Virus record (IMG/VR): IMGVR_UViG_3300032116_000031
Span: 64,001 to 128,000 of that record
From: a virus
Strand: one strand, 5' to 3'
DNA length: 64,000 nucleotides
Position 1 is the stretch's first letter. Every line of letters begins with the position of its first letter. Below the pieces are notes generated by a model. It was not told the origin of the DNA, ran no database searches, and saw nothing but the letters and a program-made list of their open reading frames with translations. Both the position numbers and the translations under genes were made by a program. Positions 10,210-20,330 of this stretch are shown here, one piece after another.

Positions 10210-10576
10210 ATAACATTGGTTCTAAAATTCTAGTGTTTTTCATTTTTAACAAAAAAGAACATTTTTCATATTCTTCTCTTGTTTCAAAATATTTTATCAG
10301 TCTTTCAATTAATATAGGTTCTACATTTTCATCTATATTTAATCTGTGATAAGTAACATAATAAAATAGTTCGATGTTATCAGGAATAGGTAAGCTACCA
10401 TTTAGATTGAAGTAATCTATGGCTTCAATGTCTTGAATGCTATTAAAGCCTTCCTGTTGTAAATTGGTGTAAATAGAAAAAGCAGCCTCGTCCGCATCAT
10501 CGACGCTAGCTGCTTTTATTGATCCACCGTAAAAACTGCCCTCCTTTGTCTTAATTGACAATACATAGTTGCTCAT
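10202..10576 (-). CDS. Hypothetical protein
   Basis: 124 aa ORF; C-terminal YFETREEYEKC helix resembling a UVR motif. Confidence 0.6.
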   Translation of the reverse strand: MSNYVLSIKTKEGSFYGGSIKAASVDDADEAAFSIYTNLQQEGFNSIQDIEAIDYFNLNGSLPIPDNIELFYYVTYHRLNIDENVEPILIERLIKYFETREEYEKCSFLLKMKNTRILEPMLYD

Positions 10577-10638
10577 ATGTACTTCCCATTTTATATAAAT
10601 ATAAATATTAAGTTAGGAAAACAGCATTACTATTTTTT

Positions 10639-11814
10639 TTATCCGTCACAAGACAAGCAAGATAGATCAGTTGCTTTGGCTGCTATATCTCCTCTTAATA
10701 CTGATTCTGTTCTCATGTAATAAAGAGTTTTTACACCTTGCCTCCAAGCTTCTAGGTGGACGGCGTTAATGAATTTTGGATCCGCTTGTGCAGGAAATGC
10801 TAAATTCAATGACACCGCTTGATCTATATATTGTTGTCTTACTCCAGCTTGTTTAACTAAGTCCAATTGATTAATTTCCTTGAAAGTTTTAAACACATCT
10901 TTAACTGTATATGCTTTTGTTTCAAAATCCTCCTTAGAAATTTCAGAAACCTTTGTTAATTTGCCATCGAGATAACACCATTCATCTAAGAAATCTAATC
11001 CCTGAACTGAACCAGCATCTTGTAATATTTGGTCCCAAACTTGCTTAGTGTTATAACCAATATGATCCAAAACCTTTTCTAATTCATTGTTCTTTCTAAT
11101 AAACGTTCCTTTTAAGGATTGTTCGGTAAACAAATTAGAAGCCCACGGTTCAATTCCAGCACTAACGTTTCCGCTTAGCTTAGAATTAGAAACTGTTGGT
11201 GCAATAGCTCTAAGATGGGTATTTCTATAACCACTCTCTTTACACCATAATGGTTCTCCATATTCTGTTGCTAAATCTCTACTTGCCTTTTCTGATTCAA
11301 TTTTTAATTGGGAGAATATTTTACGGGTTTCAAATTGTGCCCTCAATCCCTCAAAAGGTAATCCTCTTTGTTGGAGGTAGGTATGCCAACCTAAAGTATT
11401 ATGTATAACGTATTTAACACCATTATTTGAACTAGTAAAATAATTATGATGTTCATCTACTGTTAAATCCGAATATTCAATATCAATATTTTCAGGTTGC
11501 CAAATTTCAACAATGGTGTTTAAATTATTATCTTGACTAACCATTACATTACCAACACTTAATTCATCTGCTCTAACATAATCAAGTGAACCATCTTTCA
11601 TTATAGTTAAGGTTGGATGCCATAATGAAGTATAAATAATACTACCACAATCTAATTTAATTGCTATCTGATCTTTAACTTCAACAATGGGTTTATGTGT
11701 TTCTAATATTTCCCTATAACATTTTTTTCTTTTATTTATGTCATAAGATAACACAAAATCACCGCATTTAGCATTTTCAATTGCTATTTCTTTTTTATTT
11801 ATTTTTATATTCAT
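10639..11814 (-). CDS. nrdA: Split-intein C-fragment (139 aa) fused to the C-terminal part of ribonucleotide reductase alpha
   Basis: Intein blocks TSLWHP, YSDLTVDEHHNYF, VIHN|T; then AIAPTVSNS, GIEP, QQYIDQAVSLN, KTLYY, CLSC. Confidence 0.92.
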   Translation of the reverse strand: MNIKINKKEIAIENAKCGDFVLSYDINKRKKCYREILETHKPIVEVKDQIAIKLDCGSIIYTSLWHPTLTIMKDGSLDYVRADELSVGNVMVSQDNNLNTIVEIWQPENIDIEYSDLTVDEHHNYFTSSNNGVKYVIHNTLGWHTYLQQRGLPFEGLRAQFETRKIFSQLKIESEKASRDLATEYGEPLWCKESGYRNTHLRAIAPTVSNSKLSGNVSAGIEPWASNLFTEQSLKGTFIRKNNELEKVLDHIGYNTKQVWDQILQDAGSVQGLDFLDEWCYLDGKLTKVSEISKEDFETKAYTVKDVFKTFKEINQLDLVKQAGVRQQYIDQAVSLNLAFPAQADPKFINAVHLEAWRQGVKTLYYMRTESVLRGDIAAKATDLSCLSCDG

Positions 11815-11816
11815 AA

Positions 11817-12851
11817 TTAATTTTTATTTTTTTTTGAGAAATTACCTTTTAACCATCCTTTTTCTAAAAAGGAATTTAATTCTTCTTTTTCTATAAATTT
11901 TATTTCAACGCCATTATTAATACAAATTCTTCCTTTATTACTCGTTTTTTTAGATAAACACCCTAATACCCACCCTTTTTCTAAATACTCTTTTGTATTT
12001 TCTTTAGGTATGTATTTGTTTACTAATCCATTATTTATACCAATAGATCCTTTTTCAATGGTCCCTTTTATTGTATCTGTTGACCAACCGTTGTTTAAAT
12101 GATCTTTTATTTCTGCTTCATCTATCAACTTTGTTTTACCATCTTTTATTACTTTCTTTTTATTTTTTATAGATTTTTCTTTCAATTTTTTCTTTAATTG
12201 ATTATTAAAACCTATAAACCATCCATCCATTAAATAATACTCTAAGTCTTTTTTATCAATATATTTATGTTTTCCATCTTTATTAATACAGATATGACCG
12301 ACTTCTATTGAACCTTTATTTGTTTTTTTACGGATAGTTATACCTTTAAACCATCCTTCAGGTAACTCCGCGTCTAATTTAATAAATTTGTTATTAATAC
12401 CATTTGTAATACAAACAGTATTGTTAGTAGTGCCTTTAGTTTTTACCCATCCTTTTTTTTCTAAAAGTTGTTTTAAGTGTTTTGGAAAAAATCTTGTTTT
12501 ACCAGTTTTAGGGTTAACTAATTTAATCATGTCTTTTGCATTAAAATGTTTATTACCAAATTGATTATAACAAACATTTACACATCTTTTCCTACCATAT
12601 CTTTCGAAAGCTTTTTTTATTAAATTTGATTCATAATCATTAATAATCTTTCTATCAAAAGATAAATCGAATGAATTTATTATAATCCTATTCCATTTAC
12701 AATTATCGAATTCCATTTCATAAGAGAGGTATTTAGAAGAACTTACATATTTATCATCTAAATACCCCTTATGTGAACCAATATATATAAACGGTAAATC
12801 AGTATTATAATATCTATCAGATGAATACCATATATAAATAAATTGCTTCAT
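11817..12851 (-). CDS. Free-standing GIY-YIG homing endonuclease with ~6 C-terminal repeats
   Basis: FIYIW...FIYIGSH N-terminus; repeats I.NG...K.I....L..GW..G. Confidence 0.8.
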   Translation of the reverse strand: MKQFIYIWYSSDRYYNTDLPFIYIGSHKGYLDDKYVSSSKYLSYEMEFDNCKWNRIIINSFDLSFDRKIINDYESNLIKKAFERYGRKRCVNVCYNQFGNKHFNAKDMIKLVNPKTGKTRFFPKHLKQLLEKKGWVKTKGTTNNTVCITNGINNKFIKLDAELPEGWFKGITIRKKTNKGSIEVGHICINKDGKHKYIDKKDLEYYLMDGWFIGFNNQLKKKLKEKSIKNKKKVIKDGKTKLIDEAEIKDHLNNGWSTDTIKGTIEKGSIGINNGLVNKYIPKENTKEYLEKGWVLGCLSKKTSNKGRICINNGVEIKFIEKEELNSFLEKGWLKGNFSKKNKN

Positions 12852-12862
12852 TTCAACTTGAA

Positions 12863-14026
12863 TTAATCTATTTCTATTGTTTTTATCAGTGTAGATACTT
12901 TTATTTTTTCTCCGTTTAATTCAATGAAATCTTCAAGATTATAATTAATTCCATCAATTTCAACTGAATCTATCACTTCAATTTTAGATCCTTTTGATAC
13001 ACAACCTAGACCCAAAGCGCGGCCCTTCTCGGCTGATCTAACAGCGTTCTCAAAGCCTTTCATATTCTTTGCTTTCTGAATAAACTCTTCCAGTACGCCG
13101 TCCAAGAACCAAGTAGCTGTATAAATTAAATCAGTGTCTTTCCATTCATCATATTTTGCCAAATTAAGAGAACTTAGGCAACACACAAAAGAATGTTGTT
13201 CATCGGTATGTAAAGCAATCTCTGAACAAATATTTGTCATGTGTACCTTCAACCCATTCTTTTTATACATTTCAGGATTACTTTTATTAACATTACCCTT
13301 AAACATAATATAAGGCTCACCTGTTGCTTTTCTCTTTTGTAACAATTTACCCCACTTCCTTCTTGCCTCTACGTCACCTTCTTCTAATTTACGCATAAAG
13401 CTGTCGCTAATGACGGCGCATTGATGTAAATTCAAAGACTGTCTATTAACATCTCCTTTTGGTTCTCTAATTTCCAACCATTCCTCAAAATCTGGGTGAT
13501 CAATTTTGATGTTAACAGAAGCAGCACCTCTTCTAACAGCACCTTGATTCGTAGCTAAAATAGTAGAATCATAAATCTTACAAAATGGTACAACGCCATC
13601 TGAAGTGCCATTGTTGGTAATTTTAGCACCAGCAGGTCTAATCATATTGATACCAATACCTACACCCCCACCATGTTTAGCTAGCATCATTAATTCAAGG
13701 TTCTTTGAACCTATCTCGTAGATACTATCGCCTACATCAATACCAAAACAACTGATAGGTAAACCTCTATCTGTACCAGTGTTAGCTAATACAGGTGTCG
13801 CTAAGTTTAACCAACCTCTCCAAATATAATCGAAGAATTTAGTTGCTAAATGTGGTTTGTTCAAACGTTTGGCAACAGTTGTAGATACGCGCCAATAAGC
13901 GTCTTTTGGTTTTTCACCTTGTAGAAGGTATTCTTTAGAAATGGTTTTTACATAGACTTCGGTATTACCCCATTCAGGGAAGTCAACTCCAACTTCCCAA
14001 CCGAACTCTGCTCCATGATTTATCAT
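12863..14026 (-). CDS. nrdA: N-terminal part of ribonucleotide reductase alpha fused to a split-intein N-fragment (46 aa)
   Basis: ATPVLAN, ISCF, GGGVG, QGAVRRGA, TNICSEI, CCLSSLNL, RALGLG|CVSKGSKI. Confidence 0.92.
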   Translation of the reverse strand: MINHGAEFGWEVGVDFPEWGNTEVYVKTISKEYLLQGEKPKDAYWRVSTTVAKRLNKPHLATKFFDYIWRGWLNLATPVLANTGTDRGLPISCFGIDVGDSIYEIGSKNLELMMLAKHGGGVGIGINMIRPAGAKITNNGTSDGVVPFCKIYDSTILATNQGAVRRGAASVNIKIDHPDFEEWLEIREPKGDVNRQSLNLHQCAVISDSFMRKLEEGDVEARRKWGKLLQKRKATGEPYIMFKGNVNKSNPEMYKKNGLKVHMTNICSEIALHTDEQHSFVCCLSSLNLAKYDEWKDTDLIYTATWFLDGVLEEFIQKAKNMKGFENAVRSAEKGRALGLGCVSKGSKIEVIDSVEIDGINYNLEDFIELNGEKIKVSTLIKTIEID

Positions 14027-14089
14027 ATTAAAATATATTTTTAGTAAAAATAATTAGTACAGTTAAAAATTAACGATGAAAAAAATTTA

Positions 14090-15088
14090 TTACCATAATC
14101 CACTATCCCAATCTTCACCTTCATTTGCCTTACTATAATCAGTAGGTCTTACAGCAAAGAAATCAGTGTGGGTCAATCCACCAGTGAGATGATAAAACCA
14201 ATCTAATTCTGATGCCTTTTCTTCGTTATATTGGAATTGTGCTTTATATCCTAATTCAATCAATTTTTCATTTGTTCTTTTAATAATAAAATGTTTTAAA
14301 TCTTCCTTTTTCAAATTATCTAAATCCCCTTGCTCAAACATTTTATCAATAAAACTATGTTCCAATTTAATAATTAAATCAGCGGCTTCAAAAATAGATT
14401 GTTGAGCTGCATCTTTCAATTCGGGAAATTCTTCACACATATGTTTAAACAATTGGCACCCCATTTTTGAATGCAAAGATTCATCACGAACACTCCATTT
14501 CATTTGCTGCCCGATACCTTTTAACATATTTCTCATTTGGAATGAATATAGAACTGCAAATGAAGAATATAAAGCAACACCTTCAGCAAAAGCAGAGAAA
14601 ATGGCTAAGCTACGCCCAACTTCAACTCTTGCTTGTGGATTATTAATTATATCATTAGGTGAATAATCAGCACTAACTTCTGTTAACATTTCAAATCTGG
14701 CTTTTGTAGCAGGCTCGTGTAAAAAAGCTTCAAAATCTTCAAGACCTAAAGTTTCATTTAGATATGAATAAGCAACGGCGTGAATAGTTTCCTGTGAACC
14801 AAAAGCCATAGCCATCTGCCTAATTTCATGTTTTGGAAACCATTTTGTTACCATTCCAGTCCAATAATCAGATACGGCACATTCAGTTTGAGCGAAACCT
14901 AAAAGAATATTTCCTACCAAATGCTTCTCATGGCTTTTTAATTTCTCGTTCCAATCTTTTATATCACTTTGCATTGGAATTTCAGTATGTAACCAAAAGG
15001 CTTGCATTTGTTTTAGCCAACCTTCATTATAATATTCTGGATATTCGAATGGCTTATAAGGAACTCTTTCTGTGAATAGTTTACTCAT
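14090..15088 (-). CDS. nrdB: Ribonucleotide reductase class Ia beta subunit
   Basis: ETIH.YS, EGVALYSSF, RDESLH, DFF motifs. Confidence 0.95.
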   Translation of the reverse strand: MSKLFTERVPYKPFEYPEYYNEGWLKQMQAFWLHTEIPMQSDIKDWNEKLKSHEKHLVGNILLGFAQTECAVSDYWTGMVTKWFPKHEIRQMAMAFGSQETIHAVAYSYLNETLGLEDFEAFLHEPATKARFEMLTEVSADYSPNDIINNPQARVEVGRSLAIFSAFAEGVALYSSFAVLYSFQMRNMLKGIGQQMKWSVRDESLHSKMGCQLFKHMCEEFPELKDAAQQSIFEAADLIIKLEHSFIDKMFEQGDLDNLKKEDLKHFIIKRTNEKLIELGYKAQFQYNEEKASELDWFYHLTGGLTHTDFFAVRPTDYSKANEGEDWDSGLW

Positions 15089-15097
15089 AGTATGTAT

Positions 15098-16483
15098 TTA
15101 ATTTTTATTTTTTTTGTTAGCTTCTAATGAACTTGTTATATTAAAGTCTTCTATTTTAATTTTGACCTTAGCATTATTAAATATGCAATTTTCAAATTTC
15201 AATCGACCCTGACCTAAGCGATTTTTCCAAAAGTTTACATTGGCTAATGCTGATATTTCTTGCTCTTCATCTTTACCAACGGTGATCAATACGTGAGCTA
15301 TCTTTAAAAGGTCAACGGAGCCACCTAACATCGTCGGTAAGACATCTTTCATACCATGTGAATCCTTTTTACCTTGAATCAAAACCCACGCAGCACAATT
15401 GAATTTTTCCTCGCTTATTGAATGTTCTATTTGTCTTAAAACCTCTGGACCAGCCATAAAATCTCTTTCACCATAATCCTTTTCACTTTTAATACAATCT
15501 AAATAGTCAATAATAATCAAATCCAATTTATGCCCTAATACTTTCTCGATGTAAAACATTGTTTGTTCAATATCACTCCATTTTGTATTAATAGCATCAA
15601 ACTTTTTAACAATTAATCTACCACCTGCTTTCTCCCCTTTCTTCAGATATTTTTTGCATTCTAATTCTACAAGTTCTTTGTTTTTATTTTTTCTAGTTTC
15701 ATTGATTTCCAATCCAGTCCAATGTGCTTGGAATTTAGAAATCAATTGATCTTGAGCACCTTCAAAATAAACGTACAATACTGTCTTACCTTGATTGAAT
15801 GCTGCACTAGAAGTAACAACAGAGAAAGTAGTCTTACCAACGCCGTAACCAGCCCCTAGAACGCATAAATCGCCTCTTGAAGGCCCACCACTTAAAGCAC
15901 TATCGAAAGACACTCCTAGGCCAGTTGAGATAGGAATTCGGTTCATATCATCAACTGTTTTAAATGTTTCGCTATCGAAGATTAACGGTCTTTTTTCTAA
16001 GTCATTAATCTCAATAGATTTTCTCACTTTATCAACAGCATCTTCAAAGGATTTGATTTTATTCTCCTTCAATCCTTTTCTAATAGAATCTACTGATGTG
16101 AAGAAGTTTTGTTGTTGAACAAAGTTTTTAGCGTTGTTCCTGATATGATCTACGTTTTCAATAACTACGTTTTCAATATCATCTAAGAACTGAAAAAAGA
16201 TTTCTTTATCTTCTTTACTCTGTGAGGAGTATATTTCCCTAATCGTATCGTAGAAAGGAATACTACGGTATTTTTCGTAATATTCCTTCACGATAGATAA
16301 AAGAAACTTTGAAGATGGAAGAAAGAAGTGATTGCTTTTTAGAATAGGTAAAATTGTAAGACCAAAATCAACATCTCTGTAAATTTCCTTTCCTTTAAGG
16401 ATTCGCCGTCCAATCACCTGATTCCAAAATTTAATCTCAAACCGTTCACCAAAAAATGAAAGGTTTTCGTTCATTGTATCCAT
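15098..16483 (-). CDS. Replicative helicase, DnaB/T4 gp41-like
   Basis: AGYGVGKT Walker A, IIIDYLD Walker B, KNR arginine finger. Confidence 0.88.
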   Translation of the reverse strand: MDTMNENLSFFGERFEIKFWNQVIGRRILKGKEIYRDVDFGLTILPILKSNHFFLPSSKFLLSIVKEYYEKYRSIPFYDTIREIYSSQSKEDKEIFFQFLDDIENVVIENVDHIRNNAKNFVQQQNFFTSVDSIRKGLKENKIKSFEDAVDKVRKSIEINDLEKRPLIFDSETFKTVDDMNRIPISTGLGVSFDSALSGGPSRGDLCVLGAGYGVGKTTFSVVTSSAAFNQGKTVLYVYFEGAQDQLISKFQAHWTGLEINETRKNKNKELVELECKKYLKKGEKAGGRLIVKKFDAINTKWSDIEQTMFYIEKVLGHKLDLIIIDYLDCIKSEKDYGERDFMAGPEVLRQIEHSISEEKFNCAAWVLIQGKKDSHGMKDVLPTMLGGSVDLLKIAHVLITVGKDEEQEISALANVNFWKNRLGQGRLKFENCIFNNAKVKIKIEDFNITSSLEANKKNKN

Positions 16484-16530
16484 AATAAATTTCTTTTGTA
16501 AAATAAAAAAATAACAATTGAATAATAAAA

Positions 16531-17091
16531 TTAGAGTTGATAACTATTTACACAGAAAGTGTTTTTAACGCCAGTGAAAGGAGTGAAAAATCTGTTTGTG
16601 TAATAATTCAAAGATAACAAGTCTTTCAACAAACTTCTGATACCTTTAAAATTAGGACCATCTTTCCAAATAGGGAGAATAGATAGTTGAGGAACAGCGT
16701 AGAAATCATTAGCATTAATTTCTTGCTGATAGATTACCCTTACTTCTTTTTCATCTGTTAGTTTACCTTGATTTCTCACTGATGCTGAATGGTCAACTAA
16801 TTTAAAGATGTAACGTGAATTTGGGTTTTGGTGGGTGGACGGCGAAATTCCGTTCTCATAATTTTTGTAAAGATAATCCTCCGTAATACCCCTCATATAA
16901 TCATGGAACAAGCCAGTAATCTGTTGAAAGGTGTGAACAATCTCTACTGAATTTTCAACCGCTAAATCAGGGTTTCCAAATTCTTTTGGTGTGGCAAAGA
17001 AATTCAACATAGACATCTCTTGTGCTGTTGAACCATCGTAGTAAATCAAGTGAAAAGTAAATTTTGTAGTAAACTCTTGATTTTCTTTCAT
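16531..17091 (-). CDS. Hypothetical protein
   Basis: 186 aa ORF in the replication cluster. Confidence 0.65.
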   Translation of the reverse strand: MKENQEFTTKFTFHLIYYDGSTAQEMSMLNFFATPKEFGNPDLAVENSVEIVHTFQQITGLFHDYMRGITEDYLYKNYENGISPSTHQNPNSRYIFKLVDHSASVRNQGKLTDEKEVRVIYQQEINANDFYAVPQLSILPIWKDGPNFKGIRSLLKDLLSLNYYTNRFFTPFTGVKNTFCVNSYQL

Positions 17092-17094
17092 AAA

Positions 17095-18102
17095 TCAAAT
17101 TTTGTTTGTTAAAAAATATGGTTGAATAAAAAAGTTTAAATCTCCATCGAAATCTAAATCTGTTACTATTTGTTTGTGTATCTCTGTGCCTTTAATCTTA
17201 TTTATAAAAGCCTTCTTATCAAAATTCAAGAACTTAATGTTTGCTATTTCGTCCTTGCAATCTTGTGTCACAAAGGTACTACTTTTTAGATTAATTAGTG
17301 ACTCTGTGAGCAAAAATTTTTCATCTTTTTCTAAAAATTCTATTAAGGTTCCTAAACGCTTCCCTTTCTTATTTTTCTCCCTTTGTTTATAACAGTATTC
17401 AAGTAAACTTGTTCTGTCATATTCTCGTCTAACAAACATAGGGATTTCTTTAACAATCGACTTTTCAGAGAATCCATTGGCACCTATAATATTATCAGAT
17501 TCATCCCCCATAATGACCTTTCTTAGTAATATATTCTTGGGATTGTAATCAAAATAATATTCAAAATTTTCAGAATTAATCAATAAGTTTTTTGGATACA
17601 AGAAGTCGCCAGTCTTTATCCTATTCATATAATAAACATATACTGTCTTATCAACTAATTGAAAATAATCATGATCGTTTGATAATATCAATATATTTTC
17701 CTTATCCTTATTTTGCCTGACATATTCTGCAATGCAATCATCTGTTTCAACGAATTCATGTTGATATGAAACTATACCCAATAGCTCCATTAATTCTTTT
17801 AAAACATTTATTTGATTGTAATAAGGATCAATACCGTTAAAAAACCTCTTACGTTTTTCTTTGTATTGTGGATACAATTCCCTTCTTAACTTTCCACTTT
17901 CAGGGCCATCCCAAAATAAAACCGTTTTATTAATTTGATATGTATGATTATTTACATTCTCATTTAATATTCCTCTCAACTTTTTTAAAAATCCCCAAAC
18001 AGCGTGAATATTTTGTTTTTGGAGGGCGTAAGATTTTACGCCCTCGAAAACAATCTTGTATAAGTTAGTTGCGTCTACAACCAGAGTAGCTCTATTCTTC
18101 AT
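17095..18102 (-). CDS. 5'-3' exonuclease / T4 RNase H-like flap nuclease
   Basis: VVDA, FWDG, YK.KR, ETDD, SNDHDYFQL, GDESDNI.G. Confidence 0.9.
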   Translation of the reverse strand: MKNRATLVVDATNLYKIVFEGVKSYALQKQNIHAVWGFLKKLRGILNENVNNHTYQINKTVLFWDGPESGKLRRELYPQYKEKRKRFFNGIDPYYNQINVLKELMELLGIVSYQHEFVETDDCIAEYVRQNKDKENILILSNDHDYFQLVDKTVYVYYMNRIKTGDFLYPKNLLINSENFEYYFDYNPKNILLRKVIMGDESDNIIGANGFSEKSIVKEIPMFVRREYDRTSLLEYCYKQREKNKKGKRLGTLIEFLEKDEKFLLTESLINLKSSTFVTQDCKDEIANIKFLNFDKKAFINKIKGTEIHKQIVTDLDFDGDLNFFIQPYFLTNKI

Positions 18103-19141
18103 TCTCGATTATTTCTAAGTTTTCAGAATTATGAACAGCCAACACATTTTTGAAATACTCCACAATGGATTCTTTATTCTCCTTCTTATACTTATCAAAA
18201 TCATCACTGTTAATAAAACCATGTGGAGTTATCAATAAACTACCTTCACTGTTAATCCCAGTAAAATGATTTTTTAACATTCGTAGTCTTGTTTCTTTAG
18301 CTAATACTACTGTCTGACCATTGATAGTGTAGGACTTAGTTTTTAATGCCGCTTCTAATTTACCACCGCAATAAATCTTAACACCCATATCATAAGCAAA
18401 AGCTAAGCCACCTGTTTCCGTTGGATTAATAGAACCACTTCCTTGACTTAACCTCAAGATAGATACAAAAGTAATAGAACGCTTGTATTTTTTATATCTT
18501 GAATTAGTAACCATTGGCTCAATGAAACCAGAGAAATAATTCTTATGCACCTTAGCGTTGTGCATAGGTAAATCCATATTATCCTCTTCGATTTTATTCA
18601 TAGCAGCCTCACACTTCAATTTATTAATACTATCAACAAAGAAACATACATCGTAAGGGAAATTCTTTTTTTCATCTAATACATCATTACAGATACTAAT
18701 AATGTATTTATACATTTCCTCTAGGTTTTCAAAGCCGTCCTTAAAAAGGAAAAAGCCTTGGTCCCAAATCTTTATTAGCTCACCTGTTTCCTCATCTACT
18801 TCTTCTCTGTAATCACAATCCATACCCATAAACTTAGCATGATGAAAAGAAAACTTTCCTTCAGTAGAAATAATAACAGGTAGAATTTTTTTACGCTGAC
18901 ATTCAATAACACCTTCTAATAACAATGTTGTTTTACCTGTATCAGAATAACCAGAAATAGATATACAATTTGACATAGGAAATCCCTCGAAACCTAGTGC
19001 CTTTTTTACTGGATCTGAAAAATAAATGTAACTAAATGGTTTTTGTGGTTTAGGTTGGTTTTTCTCTGATCTTTTATACGTAGATAAAAAATCAAGAACC
19101 TCACCTTCTTTGGGTTCGATATTTGAATTTTTTTTAGCCAT
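18092..19141 (-). CDS. uvsX: UvsX/RecA-like recombinase
   Basis: GYSDTGKT, TEGK, FVDSI, TGG.A, KNH. Confidence 0.88.
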   Translation of the reverse strand: MAKKNSNIEPKEGEVLDFLSTYKRSEKNQPKPQKPFSYIYFSDPVKKALGFEGFPMSNCISISGYSDTGKTTLLLEGVIECQRKKILPVIISTEGKFSFHHAKFMGMDCDYREEVDEETGELIKIWDQGFFLFKDGFENLEEMYKYIISICNDVLDEKKNFPYDVCFFVDSINKLKCEAAMNKIEEDNMDLPMHNAKVHKNYFSGFIEPMVTNSRYKKYKRSITFVSILRLSQGSGSINPTETGGLAFAYDMGVKIYCGGKLEAALKTKSYTINGQTVVLAKETRLRMLKNHFTGINSEGSLLITPHGFINSDDFDKYKKENKESIVEYFKNVLAVHNSENLEIIENEE

Positions 19142-19156
19142 AACTTAAAATTTAAG

Positions 19157-19194
19157 AAAAAAATGGGGGCAAAACAATTAAGTTGTTTGCCCCC
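19157..19194 (-). terminator. Intrinsic terminator downstream of the SSB gene
   Basis: GGGGGCAAA..loop..TTTGCCCCC stem next to an A run on the + strand. Confidence 0.65.
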
Positions 19195-19221
19195 GAAAAT
19201 AAGTAAAAGTAGTGATTTTAA

Positions 19222-20232
19222 TTAAAATGGAAGTTCGGAATCATCTGATTCGTATCCATCATCTTCATATAAAGAATCCTCAATCGCACTTGAAGTAGCA
19301 GCGGCGGTTACAATTGGAGAAGTAACCTGTTGACCGAGGTTCAAATCATCTAATTCAGACCCAATTTTGGAATAACGATACTTTACTGTACCATCTTGAT
19401 TGGTTCCGTTTGGAACAAGCTCATACCCCAATTCTTTGATTTTTTCTAAAAACAAATCGTTAATAGCCGAAATCAAATACTGTGTGATGAACTTTTCATA
19501 AAAGTTATCCATGCTAACACGAAGAATGTCATTGGAACCTTTATGCTCTTCCAAAATTGAAAGATACTTTTCATTCCAACTGTCGTGCTTAACATAAGAA
19601 TTGTCGGTAGGATTACCGAAACGGTCGCGAATCACATTATCTCCTTGCTTAAGGAAGACGTTGTAGATTTTTTTACCTTTAATTACGATAGGAGTTTTGT
19701 AGTTAGATTCTTTACTTCTAGCTGGAATAACACTAATTGAAACCATCTCATTAGATGATTTATCAATGTTACTCAACTTTGAAATCATCTCTTTACCTTT
19801 CAAAGAAAAAGCTGTTTTTACAATGTAAGTTGCTCCAACTACTTTTCCATTTTTAGGATTGTTTGGATCCTCTGATTCAAATGGATTGTGGTAAGTAGCA
19901 TTTGGATCAAAAAGAACGATTTGAATCTTCTTAGAAGGCTTATTGTTAATAGTTTCCTGAATAACAGAAACCGATTTCAAATAGCCGCTAACAGATGTGT
20001 CATTTGGAATATTGTAATATTCCTTTCCGCCAGTCATGTTCATAATTCGGCTGTTACGCTTCATCTCATCATCAAGAAGAAGAACACACCGAAAATGAAC
20101 AGTGTCATTAACACCTTTTACATAATCTTTATCTTCTGAAGATAAAGTATTGCTGAAAAGGTTTAGTACAAAAGTTTGGTACCCTACAAATGGATTTTGT
20201 GAACTGTTTTGTTTTTGCTGATTTCCTAACAT
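19222..20232 (-). CDS. Probable single-stranded DNA-binding protein
   Basis: Acidic C-terminus ending SDDSELPF; lies upstream of uvsX. Confidence 0.6.
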   Translation of the reverse strand: MLGNQQKQNSSQNPFVGYQTFVLNLFSNTLSSEDKDYVKGVNDTVHFRCVLLLDDEMKRNSRIMNMTGGKEYYNIPNDTSVSGYLKSVSVIQETINNKPSKKIQIVLFDPNATYHNPFESEDPNNPKNGKVVGATYIVKTAFSLKGKEMISKLSNIDKSSNEMVSISVIPARSKESNYKTPIVIKGKKIYNVFLKQGDNVIRDRFGNPTDNSYVKHDSWNEKYLSILEEHKGSNDILRVSMDNFYEKFITQYLISAINDLFLEKIKELGYELVPNGTNQDGTVKYRYSKIGSELDDLNLGQQVTSPIVTAAATSSAIEDSLYEDDGYESDDSELPF

Positions 20233-20279
20233 AGTAACTTAAAATTTTTGTTTGTGTATAATGTGTTGTAATTATGATG

Positions 20280-20311
20280 CAAAGATAAGGTATTTCTTTC
20301 GAATAATCAAA
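20280..20311 (-). promoter_or_regulatory. Bacteroidota-type promoter for the SSB/recombination operon
   Basis: Minus strand TTTG (20311-20308), 20 nt spacer, TATCTTTG (20287-20280). Confidence 0.7.
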
Positions 20312-20330
20312 ATATTTTTTCGACTTTTTT

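Noticed and set aside
11815-13003. Group I intron interrupting nrdA
   Set aside because: No non-coding room for an intron core; both flanks carry intein motifs instead
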